Shown: positions 36,084 to 48,243 of the stretch, one piece after another
Layout of the letters: every line of letters starts with the position of its first letter
Numbering within the stretch: the first letter of the stretch is position 1
Assembly: GCF_963676685.1 (NCBI RefSeq)
Contig: NC_092347.1
Coordinates: 84,816,001 to 84,880,000 of the forward strand
Length of the DNA: 64,000 bases
Origin: Mytilus edulis
Lineage: Eukaryota
Direction of reading: 5' to 3'
The notes under the pieces: model-generated
What the model was told of the DNA's origin: nothing
What the model saw: only the letters and a program-made list of their open reading frames with translations
The model's database searches: none
Translations under genes and position numbers: made by a program

Positions 36084-36802
36084 AAATAACGGCAACAGAG
36101 GTATACCGATGTTCAAAACTCATAAATCGATAGAAAAAAAGCAAATCCGGATCACAAACCAAAACCGAGGGAAACGCATTAAATATAAGAAGAGAATGAC
36201 GACACAACATTAAAATGTAACACACACAGAAACGAACTAAGTATAAGACAAAATTCGATGAGAATTCTGAATCAAACTGCTTACGTAATACATCGTACAA
36301 ATAACGTTGAACCAAATCACATCTAATAAATGAAGGCGGTGATTAATTTTCTTTACCATAACACATGAATATAACCGAAAAGACGTCAAGACATTTGTCG
36401 AAATCCGATGAGAATTACAAATATAACATCAAAACTAAATACATGAATTTGGGACAGAAAAGTACCGTAACACGTCTTATAGCAATGCGAATTCACACCC
36501 AGCAAAACATTCACGTTCGGTAATTCAAAGATTAGACGACGTAATGACAAACCACAATATAACATGCGGTGAAAATGTCCTTAGCTAGTTTGGACAAAGA
36601 CACATCGTATGGATCAATCGATTCGTGATGGTGTCCGTAAAGTTTACGGAGTGTCAATTTTAATCTGTCCTCCTCATAACTTTGTTGGAGCAGTTTCTGC
36701 GTAGGGAGCACACTCCTGTATATGAAGTCCGTATGACTGAATTTGACAAGCACGAAAATAACGTATCAATTGAGATATGTAAACACCATACGAAGGGGTA
36801 GA
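36084..36802 (-). mobile_element. Penelope-like retroelement 3' fragment inserted in the retrozyme
   Basis: Minus strand encodes PSYGVYISQLIRYFRAC / DF...TQKLLQQSYEEDRLKLTLRKLYGHHH (PLE RT C-terminal region), frameshifted. Confidence 0.75.
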
Positions 36803-36909
36803 GGGCATAGATTACCTTAGCCGTATTTGGCACAACTTTTTTTGAATTTTGGATCCTCAATAGCTCTACGACTTCGTACTTGTTTGGCTTTAAAACTATT
36901 TTGATATGA

Positions 36910-36953
36910 GCGTCATTGATGAGTCTTATGTAGACGAAAAGCGCGTCGGGCGT
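36910..36953 (+). ncRNA. Type I hammerhead ribozyme, copy 1 (core variants C3U and stem III C>A)
   Basis: GCGTCA TTGATGA GTC TTATGTA GAC GAAA A GCGC GTC GGGCGT. Confidence 0.8.
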
Positions 36954-37264
36954 ACTAAATTATAATCCTGGTACCTTTGATAACTATTTACACCACTGGA
37001 TCGATGCCACTGCTGGTGGACGTTTCGTCCCCGAGGGTATCACCAGCCCAGTAGTCAGCGCTTCGATGTTGACATGAATATCAATTATATGGTCATTTTT
37101 ATAATTTTCCTGTTTACAAAACTTTGAATTTTTCGAAAAACTAAGGATTTTCTTATCCAAGGCATATATTACCTTAGCCGAATTTGGCACAACTTTTGGG
37201 GATTTTGGATCCTCGATGCTCTACAACTTCGTACTTGTTTGGCTTTACATCTATTTTGATATAA

Positions 37265-37308
37265 GCGTCGCTGGTGAGTCTTATGTAGACGAAACGCGCG
37301 TCTGGCGT
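37265..37308 (+). ncRNA. Type I hammerhead ribozyme, copy 2 (core variant A6G)
   Basis: GCGTCG CTGGTGA GTC TTATGTA GAC GAAA C GCGC GTC TGGCGT; palindromic minimal stem III ACGCGCGT. Confidence 0.82.
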
Positions 37309-38034
37309 ACTAAATTATAATCCTGGCACCTTTGATAACAGTCACGATCCGTTACCAGAGCTTTCACGATCGTCTCTCAATACTTGACCGTCGTTAGATA
37401 TTCTTTCACGATCATTTCTCTCGTTAAAATGAATGACACCCGTGAAGAAGTTATTCACTGTTTATGGGGAAATAATAAAATCAATTCGCATCAAATCGAA
37501 TATGTCCAGTTAGGGACAATTGTTTGAAAAAATGTGAAAATATCATTTCTAACGATAAAAAGCTTAAATATTGAAATTTTATTATTCAAACTATAAAGTT
37601 CTTGATTTTCCGATTAGAAGTTTTAACAGGTGATAACCGTATAAATCTCCAGGGCTTTTATTATTCAACACAGACTGTTTCACCTGAAAAGAAAATATCG
37701 ACTTGTACCATCAATAATTAATAGATAAACAAGGTCTACCCGTAAATTGCTAACGTGAACTGTACTCTTTTGAAATCAGTATCATATTATAGTGCCTGTT
37801 TTTACCCTCAGTTTGTGAAAGACGCACAAAACGGAGAGTTAAACTGTGTTTAAATTTCTAAAATCTTTGATCCGAAACAAAGTTATATGATAAAGACATG
37901 ATTATGTAGAGGTACATACCAAAACAACGATTTGTTTATAGTGTGTGTGGATTAAAAGGCTCTCAGCTTCTAGTGACTAAATACTACCATTCAAAAACTT
38001 AGGAGAAACAACCTCCTTGTACAGTGGACTAATA

Positions 38035-38067
38035 ATGTCGGGGAGTTACCGGTTCAATCACGCTGAG
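38035..38067 (+). CDS. Candidate first coding exon of an unidentified gene (MSGSYRFNHAE)
   Basis: ATG in ATAATG context, strong donor GAG|GTAAGA, phase 0 compatible with the exon at 51252. Confidence 0.4.
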
Positions 38068-38706
38068 GTAAGATTATATGACCGTTTGTTCAGACTTATG
38101 ATGTAGTGTTGTAAGAACCATCCTAATTATCGGGTGGACTGTAAAAAGTCTCAATCAGTTGATTTTCAAATATATATAACGGCAGAATAAATTTTAAGTA
38201 AACTCAAAATATAGTTAAGTGATAGAAATAATAACAATACTGAATAATGATAACAATATTAATAATAATAATAATATCCCAATAATAATTAAATGAGAAA
38301 TTAAAAATGTTTAATTGCTGTTATATAATAACGTCTTCTGTTAAAGTTGTAATATACTTTAAATACAAAAGCTTAAAATATTTTTCACAATCACAAAACC
38401 ATTTGAATTAACTAGACGCCCTTGAGTAAATTATTATTGATTTTTTTGTAACATATATTCAATGAACTGCAGATATATATGAACTTATGATATCAAAATA
38501 CTTTAAATCATAGCTCACGCGTAGCATGTCTATACCTTGGTACGTTCTGTTAACATTATTTTTATATTCATTTCATTTTGAATTTTTTGAGGGTTTGAAT
38601 TAAAAACAAATTGAACAGAATCAACATATTGCATTGTCAATTCATCTTTTTATCAAAATATTCTCGCTAAGCGACGATAGAATTTGTAACAATTGTACCA
38701 TCAACT

Positions 38707-40520
38707 AAATCAAATCAAATCAAAGTTTTATTTATTGTCGATATATAGTTAACAAAGTAACACAAGCTCTAGTGAGCTTTTTAAAATCGACATTATAAGA
38801 CGCCCTTCTCAGTATGCATGTCGTAAGCAATTCCTTAGCAAATATCACAAATGATTTGCTGTTTCTTTTGGGGACAACTTGCTTCATGTAGTATGACGAA
38901 AAACAAATAGCAGCTCGCGGGGAAATTTCACAGTCCCTTGACTCAAGTATTTTTTGAAAATCATGACCACCACCATTATAACATCATATATATCTCAGTG
39001 TTCATGAGTACCCCATTTAGTTACCATGACCGGCATGGGAATGGACCATGTGGACTGCAGTATGATCAAACATGTGATTTTAGGCATTAGACACTTAGAA
39101 ATGTAAAAACGCGTTTGGTGTTGTTTTTATTGTGAAACTGCAGCATTTTTAGTTTCAAACACAGTGTATATACTATACAAATTATTGCAATAAAATTATG
39201 AATGAATTTTATTTCTCATAAACTACAAATTACATAGTTACAGAGAATTTATAAACAATTACATTAATATCAGTTTTAAAAATTCTATAACATAAGCATT
39301 CAGGAGTAGTGTTAATTTCGCTTAGGCAATTCTGCAAAAACTGGTCTTTAAGTTTCAACTCAATACTTTTAATTACCCATTTATCCAACATTTGGTTCAA
39401 CCAGATATTTGACATTCCACAGGTATCAAAAACATTTTTTACAAATGATGTCCATTTACATTTAAGACCATAGGTTTGAAAATTGATAAAAAATAGTTTA
39501 TGTAAAAGACATGAAATTTTACTTTCTTTGCCACATAGTAATCTACATAAGAAACTAACTTTACGAACTTTGGCATTAACAATTACAGGATATCTACCCA
39601 ATTCCGCATAAACAATACAGCTAGGTGTACTCTGTTTTAAATGTAAAACAAGCTTTGAAAATTTTAAATGTTCTATCAAATCAAAATTTTCAAATCCAAA
39701 ATTTCCGAACCATAAAGATGAATAGGTAAAACTATCTAATCAAACATGTATAACTGACATTCCAGTATAGTCAAACTGTTTTGTCTACACTTTTTTATTT
39801 TAAAATACCATACATTGCTTTTGTAGCTTGTTCACAAATATATTTTCGGGTCTTTAAAAAAGAACCACTTCTAGCAAAAATATACCGAGGTATTTATATT
39901 CAGTTACAATTTCTTATTCTCTTCTGTATAACAAATCTAATATTTTTGGGTTGTCTCCCTTTGGAGAATATAAGAACTTTTGTCTTGTTAACATTTATTT
40001 TGAGTTGCCATTTTTCACAATAATCATCAAATTCATTAAGCATGTTTTGTGAATCTTCTCTACTCTCGGAAAACATCACAGTGTCATCCGCATATAATAA
40101 CATAAATATTTTTTAAAATACTGTTAACTCGTGTTCGAGGTCATCCGCACTAATAAAATTTACACCAAGTACATCTTTGCCTTCCAAAAAATGCTGTAAA
40201 TCATTTAAAAATAATACAAACAGAGCAAGGGAAAGATGTTCTCCCTGTCTTACACCCATTTCACAAGTAGATAACTCTGATTTCTCACCATTAAATATAA
40301 TGCGTGATTTTACATTTTCGTACATATTTTGTATAATACGGAAAAATTTGCCATTTATATTATTCTCTAACAGTTTAAATAATAAAAAAATTCTTTGTAT
40401 AAAATCAAATTAGGCGGCCTTTTCAAAGTCGACAAAGGCACAGTAAAGTTCCTTCTTCCTTAATCTTAGTAACTCGAATAGTGCATATACCATGTACTGA
40501 AAATAAATGATCAGTTATAC
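38707..40520 (-). pseudogene. Decayed LINE (RT fragments, frameshifted)
   Basis: Fragments FVDFEKA, GVRQGEHLSLALF, LLYADDT, NVNKTKVLIF, ELGRYP; (TTTGA)n tail with AATAAA at about 38707-38735 may belong to this or an adjacent element. Confidence 0.8.
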
Positions 40521-40762
40521 ATTGATATTTTTTTTAAATTGATAGGCCTTACATGCATAGACAAGAGGGGGTCAATTTAGGCGCCTGTGATGAAATCGCA
40601 TGGATATTAGCAAGAAAACATAACACACTATCAGTGAAAATGAGTTGAAATAGTAAGGAAATTATATTTTACCAGAGACATAAATATCTCTTACTATTAT
40701 ATTATATATATATTATACACACACACACACACACACATATGTCACTGACCAATGATTTGTAT

Positions 40763-42389
40763 CAGGGGCGGATCCAGGATTTCAGATTAGGGGGTGCAAA
40801 TTATATATTCGCCGAGCGGAGCGATGCGAAAAAATTTTGAGGTAAAATTATTGAAATATTCTTCTAAAGGGGTACAGTGTAGGTATTACGAACTATTCTG
40901 AGGTAAATTTAGCGAGAAATTAAAGTTTCTAGCAGAAACCGCCTAAATCCACCCTGTCAACATTATACAATCACTAGTGACTGACTACCGAATGGACGGA
41001 CAGATGTAAAACAATATATATGTATATATATATATGTGTGTTCCTTTTCCGCGTAGAACTTCAAGTTATGATGGCAAGGTCTCCTACAAATTAGAAAAAA
41101 TTACAACAATCTTCTAACACCCCTTACTTACGCACTAAGAGATTCATTTGCATACTATGAGTTAATAAAGCTACAGTCATAAAGCTGCAGCCCTAAAAAC
41201 AGAATCTGAAGACCATGTGAACATTTTATTTTGATTCTGTGTTCCTATGCAAACCAATCTACAATAAAGACACCAGCACTTTTTGTAAGATGATCTATAA
41301 AGCAATATCAGGTAATAAATATCTCAACTAATCCTTGAAGAAAGACATGGCGCTGGTAGTTGTGACAAACAGAAATACAGAAACATCACAAAAAGAAATT
41401 ACCCTTGTTTGCACATCGCCGGTCAATGTGTCAAAGCCGATTGTACATGCTTTCAATAATGTGAAATGAAATCGGTTCACATTAGAGTTATTTTACCACT
41501 CCATAACACCATGAACACCAGCCGCGACAAACTTGGTTAAGACGATGGAAATGTGAAGAGTTGACAGCTAGACGGGCGGACCGACGGAAGCAAGGTGAGA
41601 CGAGACAGATCAAAACAGCTCACCTGACCAATACTTGTTTTAGATTTGGCAAACGAAAATTTCTACTTTTCTCCGTGAATTTGAATTAAATTGTCCTCTC
41701 ATATTATATCTGTTTTTACTTTTTTGATTTTCGGAGGTCGTGCCAGACTTTATATATACTGTGTTCGGCACAAACCACATAAAATCAGAATGAGATGCAT
41801 TTACGTTGTTATGTTTTTTTTTTCTGAGGATCCCATGCATGTAATAATGCGGTACATAATTCGGAAAAATTTTCAGGTTACAAGTAAGAAATATATAAAG
41901 ACACAGCTCTAGAGATACAAATTATGAACTAACCTTTCGCTCGAAACAGTATTTCTACATTAAGAAAGAATCTCACCTTGACTGTTTTCTTGGCCCGTGC
42001 CATGATGAAATTGTGAAAGTGAGTAAGTCCGTTAGGGATGCTTTAGAAATTCGATTATCAAAGAAATTGATTATAAAACCGCAAATACAATGTAACAATT
42101 GTTTGTACTTTAACTGCTAAAACCCTATTTCATTTGTCATCAAACGCAGCTCCGTGTTTGACACCTTCCTTTTAGGTATATGATATACATATTACAGAAC
42201 TTAAATAAATCGTAGGTCAGTTAAATGATAATAACGTTGACTCTGTCAAACTGACTGTTTTATATACTTTCAATGTTAAAAAAGATGAAATGGTCTCTTC
42301 TGATCTTTAAATAAGTTAGAAGACAACCCATGCTTTGCAAATTTTAGGGGGGGGCACGCCCGCCACGCCCCCGCCTAAATCCGCCCCTG
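40763..42389. mobile_element. Old hAT-like non-autonomous element
   Basis: TIR CAGGGGCGGAT...ATCCGCCCCTG; flanks only partly match as a TSD. Confidence 0.6.
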
Positions 42390-42423
42390 TACAGTATAGT
42401 AAGCGGAAGGTTACTATGTATAC

Positions 42424-42546
42424 GTACAAATCCTTGCACTGACTACTCATTAATTTAACCAAGGATTTGTACATACAAATACAAATCCTTGCACTGACTA
42501 CTCATTAATTTAACCAAGGATTTGTATATACAAATACAAATCCTTG
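42424..42546. other. Locally duplicated CAAGGATTTGTA...TACAAATCCTTG hairpin; 32-bp copy 42515-42546 has 7-bp TSD ATTTAAC
   Basis: Same terminal 12 bp as the palindrome at 25632. Confidence 0.75.
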
Positions 42547-42968
42547 ATTTAACATATTAGTAGTACACACAAAATTATATAGAATTTTCAAAACATTATA
42601 TAATCTAGACAATACTTGTATAAATAAAGCATTAGTTAGCAAATGATATTAACAGCATATTCTCTTCTCTGAGAACGGAAACAGTTCATATAAATACCGA
42701 AAAACGGTTCATGAATTATAAGTTGACTGGTACCTGATAATTTTTTCAAAGATGAGCTGGCTGGTCATAGTACAGATACAGTAAATAGGCGGAACACTAA
42801 AAAAACTGAGATGCTGATCTCTATAAAGAAAGATCTATTATTGAAACCTTGGTGTAAAAATTATCACGAATTTCAAAAAGCATCCAACAGTAATGAGTAA
42901 GCGCATGCCAAGAACAGATAAAAACACGAGACCATAATGATATTTTTGAGGGATTGTCTTGTTTTCAT

Positions 42969-43836
42969 CAGAGACATAGACAATAACTGTTTAGTGTCTT
43001 TGAATATCAGCTGTATTTGTACGAGGCTAGGAAACAAGGTGTATGCGAGCTTTTAGCGAGCTATTACACCTGTTTCGAGCCGAGTACAAATACAGCTGAT
43101 ATTTAAAGTCACTAATCAGTTATTGTCTTTATCCTGCAATTGATTCTGTATATTATTTGTGTTTTGAAAGATATAAAAACACATGTTTTGCATTTATTTT
43201 CGATTTGAAATCCCTTGAGGCCCGTGTAGTGATACGATACAGTAATCACACATTCAGCTGAAGACAGGTTCGCCAAAAAAGATTCTCGAATGGTCAACAT
43301 AATAATACATCGCTCAAGGTGAATAATTATCTATTTTAACATAACAACTAATTTCAACAGTAAAAACAAATAACAAAACATTGTCCAATTTGAAACAAGA
43401 GTGTACGAGTTGTCCTACGCTTCAGACTCGACATTCACTAAACATGCATGCTGAAATTGACATGGTTGTTTTTGTTACACAATCATAAACATTTAAGTCT
43501 TGAAATCGATAGTTGTCATCGTAGAAAATACTGCTGTTCATGTGTGTATGTTATGAGAAAAATTGTGTGATTCTTATTGCTCTAAAGAAATGTTTGAAAA
43601 TAAACAGAACGTATAAAAGAAATCGTTAATTCGCAAAAAATACGTCATTGGAATGCTACTGCAATACACATTCTGAGGTCACGCAGGTTCATACAATACT
43701 AAGTCCGGCAGTGGGCGGAGCTTTAAAGCGATATCTGTATAGTATACAGATACAGCATAGCGATATCTGTAGGGCTGTATCTGTATAGTAGAACACCCAA
43801 TTGCAGGATAAATATATATACACATATATGTCTCTG
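42969..43836. mobile_element. CAGAGACATA...TATGTCTCTG-bounded element (7-bp TSD TTTTCAT) containing a long-hairpin repeat
   Basis: 10-bp TIR plus TSD; ~70-bp-arm imperfect palindrome 42978-43128; second IR TTATCCTGCAATT/AATTGCAGGATAA. Confidence 0.7.
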
Positions 43837-46800
43837 TTTTCATCGAGTTTCCCATTGTTTCCTACAGGAATGCTACAGTGTACAAAATACAGATTAAGAT
43901 TGCTTTGATGGCGACTACAGTTATTTTTAGTATATTGAGGGTGTAATTATGCCAAATTTCTAAAAAAGAACAACAGAAAAAAACCACTTTAATTATTCAA
44001 ACTAGTTCTATTAATTAGGTTTAAGCAATTTTAAAAGGACAAACAACACAGTTTTGATGATCCCTTATTTAAATTTTGCTGATCCCTTATTTAAATTTTG
44101 CTGACAATTTGCATATATGCTATTTTTTGCCTGATTAAATCAAATATGAAATATGTAATAAAAAATATACCTTCATGTGCTACTTTTTGAGTAAACATGG
44201 TAAAATGAGGTCCAAATTTTATATTTTTTTTACATTTGCTAAAAAATTTGGTATTTGTGCCAGGACATATTTTTCCATTCAACAGAAATACATAACTTTT
44301 TTGTTTTAAAAGATAAACATAGTTTTTTTCACTAATCCCCCCCCCCCACCCCCCAGAAAAAAAAGAAAAAAAACCTATTTGATTTTTGGTGTAAAAAAGG
44401 AAATGTGTATATCATGTATATGTAGTCATTATTTGATCAATCCTTAAAAATAACTTTAGGCCAGGCCTTAATGTCATAATGAGACAGAATTGAATTATTA
44501 GTGAATAACATCTGTTTTAAATCATTTAGATAGGTATGCTGATAACAGTTTTAAGTTTTGTACAAACATTGTTAAGGTTATTTGTCATATTAACCCTGGA
44601 AATCAAACATTTTCATATCGATTAGAAGTCTGAAGTTACTCATCTTATTGATGCATCTTCTATTTGACAATAATTAAGTTTTAAATCATATTAGAAATAG
44701 TTACAACTACATTTAATTTTTGATAATTTTTCTAAGTTCTATACAAAATGTTTGAAATGTAAAATCATATGAAAAATTTAATTTAAAAATGATTTTTGAT
44801 AAAGATAATTTAGTTGATTAATAAAAAATCAGTTTTTAGTAAGAATCATAATATTACCTGTTTAAAATATATTCATAGTAATACACCAGTTCCCAGATAG
44901 GGTAATTAAGTAAATGTCTGCTATGTGACTTTCATCACCTCATGACCAAAATGTAGACATCCTCACTTCCAACAAATGTTGAACAAATGAGAAAAAAAGT
45001 GGTGATATATACTGCACAAAATATTAGGGAAATAAAAATCTCATTAACTGGTCACCCTCCATACAAAAGTACAAAGAGATACAACATTTGTACAATGTCA
45101 TACATGTCACAAGGGAGTGTGTAATTCAAGATCTTTTCCTGTCAAAGACATGATTCCAGAAAATATTTTGTTCCAAAATATGAATAAATTAATATTGTAG
45201 TTAAAACTATGCAGAATTTGTCTTCTTTTTGAATATCCCAAACCGTAATCTGAATAATAAATCAGTGATTGTAACAATTCTTCTGCCATTATCTATGCTT
45301 TGAAAGAAAAATCATTTAAACACTAAAATAAAATTACTGGTTTTTTTTTTACATCAGTGATTATAACAAAATTATAGAAAACCATGAACAATGTATACCA
45401 CAGTTTACCTATGACAAGTTAAACACTGATTATAATAATACAGTAACTTAGATTTTTAAATGTAACTTAAAGTAATTCTTCTTTCAGTGGAAAAAATTTC
45501 ACAAAAAAAGATGGGCATTAATCTTAAAATAGTTATATGGAAAATGTTTAAATTGTAGTGTACAATTAAAGCAGCATACATTTAGAGAAAGTGTTGGTTA
45601 TTTAATTACATAAATGGTAATAAATATGTAAGGATTTCGTAATACCTTTTGTATATTGAATAGATTAGTTATATCATGTATGTGTTAAAGTATGTACAAA
45701 GTTGGTGAACTTTTTTCTCACGAGTATTTGCTATTTATAAATTGAAATGATTGTCTGAAGGTTTACATTGCGTAATTCTGTGATTTTATAAAAGCCTTAC
45801 TTGAAATTATGTTTTGCACAAAATTCAGCTTTTTAACTTGTTTACCCCAAATGAAACCATTTTTTTGCCATTTCATTTGTACCCCTATAAAGATAAGAAG
45901 ATGTGGTATGATTGACAATAAGACAACTTTCCACCAGAGTCTAAATGGACAACTTAAGGTCACCTTAAGGCCTAGACAGTTGAGACACCTTATTCTCTTC
46001 ATTTCAAATGAAAGAGAAGTCTTTCATTGTAAATTTTAAATAGTAACCTGGAAATATGCTTTAATTAAATTAAAAGTTGACTTTTGTCTTCTTTTAACTT
46101 TTATGTGTATGTATCATGTATGTGTAATGGCTATGTTGACATCATAACTAAATATTGCATCTGGTATTTTTTTATGGATTGATATCATTTCCCTAATTTG
46201 TAGATTTTCTGTTTTGAAACTGCACAAATTACTTTTGATATTGCACAAGTAAATGTCTTTTTGCGCTGCTTGAAAAATAGCTGTATGAAATCTACTCAGT
46301 GGTACAGCAGCCAATATTTGGTGAATTACACAAATATTTATTATCAGTTAAGTTTCAGTACTTTGAGCTCATTAAATGATAGCGCATTCTTTTGGATTTA
46401 GGAACTTGTCATATAATGTAAAAAAAAATGTATAAGCCCCTAAAATGACCCCTAGATGTGTTTTGTTTGATATTTGTCTCTTTGACATTAATTATACCCC
46501 ACATCTTTTATTTATTGATATATAAGCACCAATTATGGTAATTTTACAAATAAAAAGTCTTATTTGGATCATTTATATTTTAAATTATTCACTGGTGATC
46601 TACATGTCACAATGCCTTCAGTCTAAGACAGCCATGGCTGTAACCTGAATAGAAGAACTGTACATGTATACAATAGCACAATATATTACATTATGATTAA
46701 TCAGACTATTTTTTTCCAAATATTACTTAAAACACTGCAAATGGCCCTTTATAAAATTTACATGATCTGGAGGTTTCATACCTGTGTGTAGATACCTTAT

Positions 46801-47390
46801 GTTCTGTAATATGTCCATTGTCTTTGACCTCATTTTCATAGCTCAGTGACATTTTATTTTTGTAAAGTGAAATTCTCTCTTATTATGAGTAATTTGAATA
46901 ACTATATTTAGTATATAGGTGCCATGCAACATCTACATGTCTGTCAGGTAGAGTTTACCTGACCTCAACCTTATTTGATGGATTAGTGTTCAAGGTTAAA
47001 GTTACATGGTAAAGTCTGTATCTCAGATACCATAATCAATAGCTGGTCAACTATATTGGTGTAATTGGAAGGATTGTAAGGTGTATATGTCCAACTGACA
47101 GGTTTCATTTGACCTTGACCTTAATTTGATGGTTCATTGGTCAATTTTTTGTTTTTGTGGTATATGTATGGTCTATTTCTCAGATATTACTAGCAATAGA
47201 TCAATTATGTTTAGTGTATGGAACCATTGTCTGTCTGGTAGGATTTATATAACCTTGACCTAATTTTCATGGTCCATTGGTCAATTATAATGGTTTTTTT
47301 TTTTTATAATTTTGGTCAGTTAATCAGATACTTTAAGCAATAGGTCAACTATATTTAATGTATTGAATGATTGTAAGATGTACATTTAGA

Positions 47391-48243
47391 GGGAGAGATC
47401 CGTTTGCGCCAAAAATGCGTCCTTTTGCGCCACAACTTTTTTTCTCTAATGCTACGTTTGCGCCACCTGTTTAAAAATTACATGGTATCAATTGCGCCAA
47501 AAATAAAATATACGATTGCGCCAATTTAAAGAAAAACATTCCTTAAACACAGAAATTTTTTTCTATTACAGTTTCCTGATTTAGATGGCAAAAGGCAATC
47601 TAAAAGTGGAATACAAATTAAATGTCCATTCCTGAATCCATGTATTGTATGCAAAAACACCTTCTGCCCCGCATACAAAGATATTTCAAGTTAGCTTCAC
47701 AACCGAGAATAACAATGCCACTATCAATATCATTTACTAAAACAAACTCTTCTTCTTTATTTGTGATCACTATACCTCAATTAAATTTTTTGAAATTCTA
47801 CTGAACTTTTTAGTTGGGCAAAGAACAGTTATCTTCTCTCTCTGTACATAGCTTTTCTTTTGCATGCTGTTCGTAGTATTTGACGCTCTAACTTTTGTGG
47901 GTCTGTCTTATGTGTATGTGCAATAAAATTAACGGTATCAATTTTCTTGCACCAGATGCGCTTTTCGACAATACATGTCTCTTCAGTGATGCTCGTGGCC
48001 AAGCCAAAATATTTGAAATCCAAAGCTTATATAAAAGATGAAGAGCTATAATTCAAGATTTCCCCTCAGACAAAAATGATACTAAATATATATTAATCTT
48101 TGATATGTACGATCAATATGTGTTCAGGTAAATTGGCGCAAATGAGTTCCGAAAACTGGCGCAATTGATACATTTGAAGAAAATAAAATTGGCGCAAATG
48201 ATACCCCTGAAAAACAGTAATTGGCGCAAAAGGAGTGTTGCCC
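47391..48243 (+). mobile_element. MITE with arrays of TTGCGCCA subterminal motifs (copy A)
   Basis: GGG...CCC ends, 7-bp TSD ATTTAGA, multiple TGCGCCA at left and inverted at right. Confidence 0.82.
47949..47992 (-). ncRNA. Type I hammerhead ribozyme with intact core
   Basis: Minus strand GCATCA CTGAAGA GACA TGTAT TGTC GAAA A GCGC ATC TGGTGC: stems I and II pair, AUC cleavage triplet, one stem III mismatch. Confidence 0.8.

Larger units (their letters stand above)
35898..37339 (+). mobile_element. Non-LTR retrozyme: two tandem ~355-nt monomers with type I hammerheads; first monomer interrupted
   Basis: CCTTTGATAAC register at 35901, 36975 and 37329; hammerhead cleavage sites at 36947 and 37302 are 355 nt apart; non-coding. 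Confidence 0.85.

Noticed and set aside
35923-36315. 130-aa ORF and similar ORF 36984-37190
   Set aside because: Chance frames across non-coding retrozyme and PLE 3' sequence.
40673-40747. Another CAGAGACATA...TATGTCACTG footprint with a (CA)n centre
   Set aside because: Ends resemble 42969/43836 but no TSD is recoverable, so it was not counted.
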